Shown here in pieces: positions 19,309-28,000 of a DNA stretch of 64,000 nt (position 1 is the first letter of the stretch; each line of letters opens with the position of its first letter). A program made the translations under genes and the position numbers. The DNA is from Myxococcota bacterium. Its GTDB lineage: Bacteria > Myxococcota_A > UBA9160 > UBA6930. Under the pieces are notes generated by a model. The model was not told where the DNA came from. It saw only the letters and a program-made list of their open reading frames with translations, and ran no database searches. The stretch lies in the NCBI GenBank assembly GCA_028285625.1, contig JANQOX010000026.1, forward strand, positions 17,825 through 81,824, written 5' to 3'.

Positions 19309-20499
19309 CTAGTCGCCGCCCTCATTCGGCCTGGTCGACCGTGCGCCCCGGAACAACGTGCGCGCGTCGTCGACGTTGCGGAACTCCACGTAGCGGTAGG
19401 TGAGCGCGCTGAGGACGAGCATCAGCAGCACCGCGGCGACCAGGTGGGGCGGACTCACCTGGTCGTTGGCCACGAAAGGCACCTTGCGAAGCACCATCGT
19501 GTGCCACAGGTAGAGCGAGTAACACATCATCCCCGCCACCTGGAGCGGGCCGAGCGTGAACACGCGGTGCCACAGGCCCCGGTCGACCGAGAGCAGGCCG
19601 TAACCGAGCGCCGCCATCCCGGCGATCAGCACGTCGTTCGTGAAGGGCACCACGGCTCGGGGCAGCAGCTCGCTTCGGATGCCTGCCCATGCAAACGCGA
19701 CCAGCAGGACGAGCAGGACACCGGCCGTGCAGGCAGCGCGAGCCGCTGCGGGCCCGAGCGGACCGCGGCGCACCCAGACCGCGGCCAGCGCCATGCCCGC
19801 CACGAACTGGTCCAGGCGACCGAAGAGGTTGTCCTTGCCCGGGTTCAGCACCTCGAGTGGCCCGGCGGCATAGCGCGGGTCGTCCCCCAGCACGCGCACC
19901 GCCAGCGAGAGCGCCAGCGTGGCCAGCAGCAGCTTGCCCATGCCCAGCCGGCGTTCGAGCCAGACCAGACCCGGAAAGACCAGGCTGAAGACGATCTCGA
20001 CGCCCAGGGACCACAGGACGAAGTTCTGGAGCGGAAAGAACAGGCGCTCGGTGAACGTGAACGCCCCGGTCGCCAACAGCAGCGCATCGGTCCAGAAGGC
20101 GATCGTCGCCGGGTCGCCCCGCAAGACGAAGACCAGGGCCACGGCCAGGCAGAGCCAGTGGAGAGGCATCAGGCGCAGGAACCGCCGCCGCCAGAACGCC
20201 CTGGCGTCCGCGAGCCCGCCCAGGGTGCGCGTACCGCGGCAGTAGGGCAGGAACAGCACGAAACCGGACAGCACGAAGAAGAGGTCGACGCCGAGCCAGC
20301 CAGCCTGGATCAATGCATCGACGCTCACGGGCAGCCCGAACACGACCACCCCCGGCAGGCCGTCCGGGAGGTGCCGGTGGAACATGTGGTGCCCGACGAC
20401 GGCGAGGATTGCGACGCCGCGCAGCCCGTTGATCACGGCCAGCCGGTCGCGGAACGGATCCGCCGAAACGTCGCTGTGGCTGCGCGAACCCGTGGCCAC
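19309..20499 (-). CDS. acyltransferase family 3 (OafA/YrhL-like) membrane protein
   Basis: 396 aa. GTG start follows GGGGAGG. ...INGLRGVAILAVVGHH..., multi-pass membrane protein. Confidence 0.88.
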   Translation of the reverse strand: MATGSRSHSDVSADPFRDRLAVINGLRGVAILAVVGHHMFHRHLPDGLPGVVVFGLPVSVDALIQAGWLGVDLFFVLSGFVLFLPYCRGTRTLGGLADARAFWRRRFLRLMPLHWLCLAVALVFVLRGDPATIAFWTDALLLATGAFTFTERLFFPLQNFVLWSLGVEIVFSLVFPGLVWLERRLGMGKLLLATLALSLAVRVLGDDPRYAAGPLEVLNPGKDNLFGRLDQFVAGMALAAVWVRRGPLGPAAARAACTAGVLLVLLVAFAWAGIRSELLPRAVVPFTNDVLIAGMAALGYGLLSVDRGLWHRVFTLGPLQVAGMMCYSLYLWHTMVLRKVPFVANDQVSPPHLVAAVLLMLVLSALTYRYVEFRNVDDARTLFRGARSTRPNEGGD

Positions 20500-20567
20500 C
20501 TGGCCTCCCCTGCTTCTCGCCGCCGCGAGTCTACACGCCTGTGCTACCCCGGGAACGGAGGCTCGCC

Positions 20568-21503
20568 ATGCGATTCGACAACCGGGTGACGCAGATGCTG
20601 GACGTCGAGATCCCGATCGTGCAGGCGCCCATGGGCTGGATCGCGCGCTCGCCGCTGGCGGCGGCGGTCTCGAACGCCGGCGCCCTGGGCATCATCGAAA
20701 CCTCTTCGGGCGAACTCGATGCGATCCGGGTCGAGATCACCCGCATGCGCGAGCTCACGGACAAGCCCTTCGGCGTGAACATCGCGCAGGCCTTCGTCCG
20801 CGACCCGGGCATCGTCGACTTCGTCGTCGAGCAGGGCGTCCGCTTCGTGACGACTTCCGCCGGCGACCCCACGCGCTACACGCGGCAGCTGAAAGACGCA
20901 GGGCTCGTGGTGTTCCACGTGGTGCCCACGCTGCGGGCGGCGCAGAAGGCGGTCGACGCCGGCGTGGACGGCCTGGTCGTCGAGGGTGGCGAAGGCGGCG
21001 GCTTCAAGAACCCGCGGCCGGTCTCGACCCTGGTGCTGCTGCCCCTGGTGCGCTCGAAGGTCTCGGTGCCGATCATCGCCGCCGGAGGCATCTGCGACGG
21101 CGCGTCGATGGCGGCCGCCTTCGCCCTCGGTGCCGAGGGCGTCCAGATGGGCACGCGCATGGTCTCGGCCGCCGAGTCGCCCGTGGGCGAGGGTTGGAAG
21201 AAGGCCATCGTCGAGGCCCCCGAGACCGGAACCGTCTTCCTTCGCCAGGAGAAGGGCCCGGCGCTGCGTGCGCTCCGAACCGAACGCACCGAGCGCCTCG
21301 AGCGGGGCGAGGGTCAGCCCATGGCCGAACTCGCCGCCGGGGTCTCGGAGGTCTACTTCGAGGGCAACGTCGGCGCCGGAGTCGCCCTGTCGGGGCAGGT
21401 CGCCGGCCGGATCGAGAGCGTGGAGCCGGTCGCCGACGTGATCGCGCAGACGGTTCGCGAGTTCGGCGAAGCGGCCTCCGCCCTGGGCCGCTACGCGCCC
21501 TGA
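20568..21503 (+). CDS. nitronate monooxygenase (NMO / 2-nitropropane dioxygenase-like)
   Basis: ATG 20568 follows GGAGG (20557-20561). ...IPIVQAPMGWIA..., ...VVEGGEGGG..., ...IIAAGGICDG... Confidence 0.88.
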   Translation: MRFDNRVTQMLDVEIPIVQAPMGWIARSPLAAAVSNAGALGIIETSSGELDAIRVEITRMRELTDKPFGVNIAQAFVRDPGIVDFVVEQGVRFVTTSAGDPTRYTRQLKDAGLVVFHVVPTLRAAQKAVDAGVDGLVVEGGEGGGFKNPRPVSTLVLLPLVRSKVSVPIIAAGGICDGASMAAAFALGAEGVQMGTRMVSAAESPVGEGWKKAIVEAPETGTVFLRQEKGPALRALRTERTERLERGEGQPMAELAAGVSEVYFEGNVGAGVALSGQVAGRIESVEPVADVIAQTVREFGEAASALGRYAP

Positions 21504-21525
21504 GCCCCGCCGTCGCGCTCGGTCG

Positions 21526-22278
21526 TCATGCGCCGCTTCGCCCGTCGTCGCGCTCGGCGAGGGCGAGCAGTGAGACGCCGAACGGGAGCGAGACCCGGCG
21601 CAGCAGCCACGCCTCGGCTGCACCGACGGCGATCAGCAGCCGGTTCAGCCCGTCGGGTACCGGCACGTAGTCGGCCTCGACGGGACCCTGCCGCGGCAGC
21701 AACCGCTGGAGCGGACGAAGGACGGCCAGCAGAGGGAACAGGTAGGACGTGAAGTAGGTGTCCCGGCTCACGCGGAAGCCGGCCGCGCGCAGACGCTCTC
21801 GGAGCGGACCGCGCCGGTAGCGACGGTAGTGGTCGACGGCCTCGTCGTGGTGGCTCCAGAGAAAGGAGAAGGCCGGCACCGAGACCAGCAGCCGCCCCCC
21901 GGGCGCGAGCACGCGGCGGAACTCGGCCAGCACGGCTGCATCGTCGGGGCAGTGCTCGATCACGTCGGTCGCCAGCAGCAGGTCGAACGAGCCGTCCGGA
22001 AACGGCAGCCGCCCGGCGTCCGCGTTGGCCACCCGCGCGTGGCCCTTGGCGAGCGTGTGGCGGACGCAGTCGGGCACGAGGTCGACGCCGGTGCACGGCG
22101 ACGTCTGAGACAGGCGGTCGAGCATCGCGCCGGAGCCGCAGCCCACGTCGAGCACGCGCACGTCGGGACCGAGCCAGCCCGCATGGACGAGCGCATCGGC
22201 GATGGCGTCGCGCGTGGCCACGAACCACCAATAGACCTGGTCGAGTTCGAAGACCCTCTCGCACTCGGCGACCTTCAC
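21526..22278 (-). CDS. class I SAM-dependent methyltransferase
   Basis: C-terminal 250 codons of tracked ORF 21526..23133. GTG 22278 overlaps the upstream stop (GTGA). Motif I is VLDVGCGSG; also ...DLLLATDVIEH... Confidence 0.85.
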   Translation of the reverse strand: MKVAECERVFELDQVYWWFVATRDAIADALVHAGWLGPDVRVLDVGCGSGAMLDRLSQTSPCTGVDLVPDCVRHTLAKGHARVANADAGRLPFPDGSFDLLLATDVIEHCPDDAAVLAEFRRVLAPGGRLLVSVPAFSFLWSHHDEAVDHYRRYRRGPLRERLRAAGFRVSRDTYFTSYLFPLLAVLRPLQRLLPRQGPVEADYVPVPDGLNRLLIAVGAAEAWLLRRVSLPFGVSLLALAERDDGRSGA

Positions 22279-23198
22279 GCGGCCGGTTCGACCCGGCGGG
22301 CGTACACCGCCATCAGATCTCGCGGATCGACGTAGATCGCGCGCTCGGACAGCCCGAGTCGATCCCCCACGCTCGCCAGCGCACCCGCCAGCCTCGGGTA
22401 GTAGTGGCCGATGCGCTTCAGGAGGAAGCTCACCGTCACGTACTTGCCGATCGTGTGGACCCGCTCGACACGGAAGCCAGCACGCTCGAGGTAGCGGCCG
22501 AGGGTCTCCCGCGAGAAATAGAAGAAGTGCTCGTTGGGTTTGATGCCGATCCAACCTCGCCCGTACAGGCGGGCGGGCCAGCTGCCCACGTCGGGCGTGG
22601 CGAGAACCAGCAGCCCACCGACTTCGACCAGTTCGGCGAGCCGTGCGAGATCGGCAGCCGGCGCGAGAGAGTGCTCGATCATGTCCCAGGCGGTGACCAC
22701 GTCGAACCGTTCGGCAGCTTGCGGGTAGTCGGCCAGGGTGCCCGTGTGCACCGCGAGCCCGAGCTGGCCCCGCGCGGTCTCGGCGGCATGCGCCGACACG
22801 TCGATGCCTTCGACCTCCCAGCCGCGCGCGCGCGCGACCTCGAGAAAGAACCCCATCGCACAACCCACGTCGAGCAGCCGCCCCGAGCCGCGGCCGAACG
22901 CGCGCTCGACCTCGGTCAGCCGGCGTTCGAAGGTGCGGCCGATCTGGTCGCGCTCGCCTTCGTAGTCGTCGTAGCCGAGCTCCTGCGACTCCCGGCTGCG
23001 GAAGTAGTGCTCGCCGTAGATCTGGGCGAGATCCTCCGCACGAGGCTGGCGCCACACGTACACCAGACCGCAGCCTTCGCAACGCACGACGTCGATGTCG
23101 GGGTGGACGTCGTGCCGATCGGGCGAACCGCACAGGTCACAGCGCGCGACCTCATGGCGGGAGAGGGACGCGATCGCCTCCATCTCTTCTGCGCCCAT
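22275..23198 (-). CDS. class I SAM-dependent methyltransferase with N-terminal Zn-ribbon
   Basis: 307 aa. CDLCGS...CEGCG ribbon. Motif I is LLDVGCAMG; also ...VVTAWDMIEH... RBS is AAGGGAG, 5 nt upstream of the ATG. Confidence 0.88.
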   Translation of the reverse strand: MGAEEMEAIASLSRHEVARCDLCGSPDRHDVHPDIDVVRCEGCGLVYVWRQPRAEDLAQIYGEHYFRSRESQELGYDDYEGERDQIGRTFERRLTEVERAFGRGSGRLLDVGCAMGFFLEVARARGWEVEGIDVSAHAAETARGQLGLAVHTGTLADYPQAAERFDVVTAWDMIEHSLAPAADLARLAELVEVGGLLVLATPDVGSWPARLYGRGWIGIKPNEHFFYFSRETLGRYLERAGFRVERVHTIGKYVTVSFLLKRIGHYYPRLAGALASVGDRLGLSERAIYVDPRDLMAVYARRVEPAA

Positions 23199-23238
23199 GG
23201 TGCTCCCTTCGCCCTTGCGCCGGGTGCTCCCTTCGCCC
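23199..23238 (-). repeat. tandem duplication of a 16-bp RBS-containing element
   Basis: GGTGCTCCCTTCGCCC occurs at 23199-23214 and again at 23223-23238 (24-bp period). On the coding (minus) strand it reads GGGCGAAGGGAGCACC. The proximal copy directly abuts ATG 23198. Confidence 0.85.
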
Positions 23239-23422
23239 CAGCCGCACTGCGGGCCTCGGCCGCCAGCGAGCCGGGCAGGATCGCACAGGGCCCGAATGCC
23301 GGAAAGGTCGCCGAGTCCTGCATACGCGTTGCCTGCCCGTTGCGCAGGCGAATCGCGTGCCGCGATCTCGCGGGCGCGAATGCAGCCGGTCTCCTAGCCT
23401 GCCTGCGCCGAAGGGAGACCGG

Positions 23423-25051
23423 TTGTCGAACGTGCAACGCCCCGCGCCCGCGCTCTTGGTGGCGGTCGCGCTGGTCCTGCTCTCGATCGCGGCGCTCGTC
23501 CACCTGGACACGAGGCGTTACGCAGACCCCGACCTCTTCGTGACGCTCTACACCGGGCGCGAGATCGTCGCGACGGGAGAGCCGCCGCGGGTGGAGAGCC
23601 ACAGCTTCACCGCGGCGGGCGGACCCTGGCGGGACTACGAGTGGGTCTCGCGCCTCGTGTTCTACCGGGCCCACGAGTCCCAGGGTGCTGCGGGGCTCGT
23701 GGCGTTGCGCGCCGCCGTCGCGGTGGGCCTGTTCGCCGTGGCCGGACTCCACGCCCTGCGACTGGGCAGCGCCGCGGCCTTTGCGGCCGGTGTCGTATTC
23801 CTGTCGCTCTTCTTGCGCGAGTTGCTGCTCTTTCGTCCGCGCATCGCGACGTTTCTCGGGCTCGCCTGCGTGATGCTCCTGCTCGACGTGGGCCGGAGCC
23901 GTCGGGCCGCGCTGTTCGGCATTCCGCCACTCGTCGCGGTGTGGGTGAATCTGCATGCAGGCGTGATCGTGGGGATCGCGGGCATCGCCTGCCTCTTCGG
24001 CGAGAGCGTCGTTCGCGCCGTCTCGGATCGCTTCGCCGACGCGCTCCCGGGGTGGACGCGCGACCTGCTCGACGGGCCGACCGCCCCCATGGCCGCGTCG
24101 GCCGCACTCCTGGTCGCGTCCTTCCTGGCCACCGGCGCCAACCCGTACGGGTTCGAGCAGTGGACGGCGGTCGTGCACTCCTTCACGTCTGCAGGGACTG
24201 GGGGCAGCATCTCCGAATGGGTGCCGCTTGCGCGGGGTGGCTGGCGCGAGGCCATCTTGCCGAGCCTGCTGATCGCCACCGTGCTCGCCTCGCTCTGGAT
24301 CGGGCGCAAGCGAATCCCCCTGGGCGAGGCCGTCTTCGCGCTGGTGCTGTGCGTGGCATCGATCGCGGTGGTGCGGTTCGTGGCGCTGCTGGCCGTGGTA
24401 GGCGTCTTTCCGTTCATGCGCGCGGTGGCGACCGTGGCGCCCGGCCTGGCGCAGCGCCTGGGGCGCAGCGGGCAGGCCGTCGCCTGGACCGGGGCCGCCG
24501 GCGCAGCCCTGGTCTTCGCGCTGGTGCAGCGGCCCGTTCATCTGGACGTCCGCATGTTCCCCTCGCTCACACCCGTGGAGCCCGTGGCATTCCTGCAAGC
24601 CAATGACATCAGCGGCAACGTGCTCAACGAGTACGACTGGGGCGGGTACCTCGCGTGGGCGATGCCCGAGTCGCGCATCTTCGTGGACGGCCGCTACGAC
24701 ACGGCCTACCCGCCGGAGATCTACGAGGACTGGAGCCACTTCGTGACGGCGACCTACGACTATCCGTCGCTGCCCGACCGCTACGGAGCCGACGTGGTCC
24801 TGCTGCGCCGCATCCACGTGATCAACGCCATCCTCGATCAGGACCCGCGCTGGGTGCCGGTGTACCGCGACCCGCACTCCGCCATCTGGCTGCGCCGCAG
24901 CGAGGCCAACGCGAAGCACCTGGCGCGCTTCGAAGCCGGCACGCTTCGCGTCCCGGAGCTCTCGGACCGGGACTTCCTGCTCGGGCGGACGCCGCCCAGG
25001 CCGAGCGGCGGCGAGGCACGCGACCCCTCTCCGAGCCCGCCGCAGAGCTAG
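23423..25051 (+). CDS. multi-pass membrane protein, possible GT-C-type glycosyltransferase
   Basis: Tracked ORF is 23357..25051. Likely starts are TTG 23423 or GTG 23432, after AAGGGAGA. About 10-12 TM helices, then a soluble tail ...NEYDWGGYLAWAMPESRIFVDGRYDTAYPPEIYEDW... The family assignment is tentative. Confidence 0.6.
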   Translation: MSNVQRPAPALLVAVALVLLSIAALVHLDTRRYADPDLFVTLYTGREIVATGEPPRVESHSFTAAGGPWRDYEWVSRLVFYRAHESQGAAGLVALRAAVAVGLFAVAGLHALRLGSAAAFAAGVVFLSLFLRELLLFRPRIATFLGLACVMLLLDVGRSRRAALFGIPPLVAVWVNLHAGVIVGIAGIACLFGESVVRAVSDRFADALPGWTRDLLDGPTAPMAASAALLVASFLATGANPYGFEQWTAVVHSFTSAGTGGSISEWVPLARGGWREAILPSLLIATVLASLWIGRKRIPLGEAVFALVLCVASIAVVRFVALLAVVGVFPFMRAVATVAPGLAQRLGRSGQAVAWTGAAGAALVFALVQRPVHLDVRMFPSLTPVEPVAFLQANDISGNVLNEYDWGGYLAWAMPESRIFVDGRYDTAYPPEIYEDWSHFVTATYDYPSLPDRYGADVVLLRRIHVINAILDQDPRWVPVYRDPHSAIWLRRSEANAKHLARFEAGTLRVPELSDRDFLLGRTPPRPSGGEARDPSPSPPQS

Positions 25052-25060
25052 GCTCTCGCC

Positions 25061-28000
25061 GTGGCCAGCCCGCCCTCCGAGCCCACCCCGCTGCCCGCAC
25101 GTCACGGCCGCACCGTACAGGCGGCCGTCCTGTTCGCCGACGTGCTCGGCTTCGGCGAGCTCGTCCGCGAACTCGGGACCGAGACCGCGTACCTGGTGCT
25201 CACCCGCTGCCTCCGTCTGCTCGATGGCATCGCGCGCAAGCACGGGGGCTCGGTCGACAAGTACCAGGGCGACAAGCTGCTCGCCGTCTTCGGCTATCCG
25301 GTGCCGGTGGAGCAGGCGTCGCGTGCCGCCGTGTCGGCGGCCCTCGAGATGCGCGAGCGCGTCGATGCCTACAACGCCGAACCGGACGTCCCGCTGCCGC
25401 TCGGGGTGCACATCGGCGTAAACACCGGCCCGATGGTGGGAGGCGACATCCACGGCCCCGTGGTCCGTGAGTTCCATGTGCTCGGCGACGCCGTGAACAC
25501 CGCGGCACGCATCAACGGCAAGGCCGCGCCGGGCCAGGTGCTGGTGGGCCCGCTCACCCATGAGGAGACGCGAGCCGACTTTGCGCACCGCGCGATCGCG
25601 CCACTTCGCCTGAAGGGCAAGGAAGCCCCGGTGCCGGCCTTCGAGGTGATTGCGGCGCGCGACCGTGCAACCGGAGCCCAACTCGGATTCGACACGCACG
25701 TGTTCGCGGAACGGGTGGGACGCGACGCGGAGCTCGAAGCGCTGTCGGGCGCGCTCGACGCATTGGGGTCGGGGCGCGGCGGGCTCACGACGATTCGCGG
25801 CGAAGAGGGCAGCGGCAAGTCGCGCCTGCTGCTCGAGGTGGCACGGCACCCGGCGCTCGAAGCGGTGGCGGTCTGGCAGGCCCGGGCGGGCCCGGCCATG
25901 GACCCGCTGCCCGAGGCCGGTCTGACGGAGACCGACCCGAACCAGCCCCTGCTGCTGGTGGTCGAGGACGCCCATCGCCTCGACACGCAGGGTCGCGCGT
26001 CGCTGGCACGGACCCTCACGCACGCCTCGAGCGACGCGCCGCGTGCCGTGCGCGTGGTGCTCACCCTGCGCGACGACGAGCCCGGGGCCGCCGAGATCGC
26101 CGCGCTCGCAGCCGAGGTGCCCGAAGCGCGCCGCCACGAGATCACGCTCGGCCCCCTCGCGGATGCCGAAGCGCGCGCGCTCGCCCATGCCTCCGCGCCG
26201 GGCGATGACCTCGACCCGGAGACCCTGGCCCTCGTCCTCGAACGCGGCGTCGGCAATCCGGGTCGGATCCTGATGGCGAGCTTCCTGGCACCGTCGCTGC
26301 GCTCCGAGCGTGCCCACGACGCCGGCCGCGAGCGCAGCGCCGAGGCCGAGCGGCGCCGCGCCTCGGTGCTCTTCGCCGACCTCTCGGGCTTCACGGCCAT
26401 GACCGAGCGCATCGGCGCCGAGCGCGCGTACCCGGTGGTGGCCGCAGCCCTCGATCTGCTCGACCAGGTGGCACGTGAGCATGGCGGAACGGTCGACCAC
26501 TACCTGGGCGACTGCGTCATGGCGCTCTTCGGCGTGCCCGTCGCGCTCGAAGATGCGCCGCGCGCCGCGCTGAACGCCGCCCTCGACATGCGCATCCGCC
26601 TGGCGGCACTGAACGAGCACCATGGAGCCGATCAGCAGCTCGAGCTGCACTGCGGAGTCGCCACCGGGCTGGGAATCGCGGGCGACGTGAGCGGGCCCAT
26701 GATCCGTGAGTTCGCCGTCATGGGCGAGCACGTGGACCTCGCCGACGCCATCACGCACGCGGCGGCCACGGGCGAGATCCACGCGGATCAGGAGACCCGC
26801 CTCGCGACGGAGTCCGTCTTCGAGTTCGGGCCCGAACGCCCGCTGCCGGACGACGCTCTGGCCACGAGCTTCGAACTGCTCTCGACGGCGCCTCGCCTGC
26901 ACCGGGCACGCATCGGCGCCGAACGGCGCGTGTTCTCGGACCTGGTGGGACGCGACGAAGAGATGTCGGCACTGCGCAGCGCGGTGGGGCGCGCTGCAGC
27001 CGGGACCGGAGGTGTCGCCTCGCTCGTCGCCGACGCCGGCATCGGCAAGTCGCGGCTGCTGGCCGAGCTTCGCGGCACGACCGAAGCGGAGGGCGTGACC
27101 TGGCTCGAAGGCCGTGCGCTGTCCACGGGCCGAAACCTCTCGTTCCATCCCATCGCCGATCTGCTGCGTGCGGCCGCCGGCGTGGACGACGACGACGGCC
27201 CGCCGGAGGCCCGGGCGAAGCTCGACGCGGCCATCGTGGGCATCATGGGCGAAGAAGGCGAAGACCTGCTGCCGCTGCTCGCCGGGTTCATGGGCCTGCC
27301 CATGCACCCGGGAGAAGAAGAGCAGCTCGCCGCCATGCAGAAGCGCAGTGCGGCCTCGGGCGACCCGCTCGAGTGGGTGATCCGCGCCGGACTGACGCGG
27401 CTGCTGCGCGAGGCGAGCCTCGCCCAGCCGATGGTCATCGTGATGGAGGACGTGCACTGGGCCGACCTCTCCACCATCGAGCTGCTCGAGCCGCTTCTCC
27501 GCCTCACCGCCGACTGCCCGATCCTGTTCGTGAACGCGGCGCGGCCGGGCTACCCCGACACCGCGGAACGCCTACGCACCTTCGCCCAGGAGCAGCTCGC
27601 CGACCGGCACACCGCCGTCCGGCTCGAGCCCCTCGACGATGGCGCGGCACGCGCGCTGGTACGCAACCTGTTCCGCGGCGGTGACGTGCCCCACCGGACG
27701 CGCGCCATGATCGAGGAGAAGGCGCAGGGCAACCCGTTCTACATCGAAGAGGTGGTGCGAGCGCTCCTCGATGCCGGGGCCCTGGTGCTGCGGGAGGGCG
27801 CCTTCCACGCCACCGAGCGACTGGACGCCTTCGAGATGCCCGGGACCGTGCAAGAGGCCGTGATGGCGCGCGTCGACCGACTGCCCCTCGCCCCCCGCCA
27901 GGTGCTGCAGGCGGCATCGGTGGTGGGCGGGACCTTCCACCAGGAGGTCCTCGAAGACCTGGTCGACGACCCGGCCGGGCTCGAGTCGTGCCTGGGCGAG

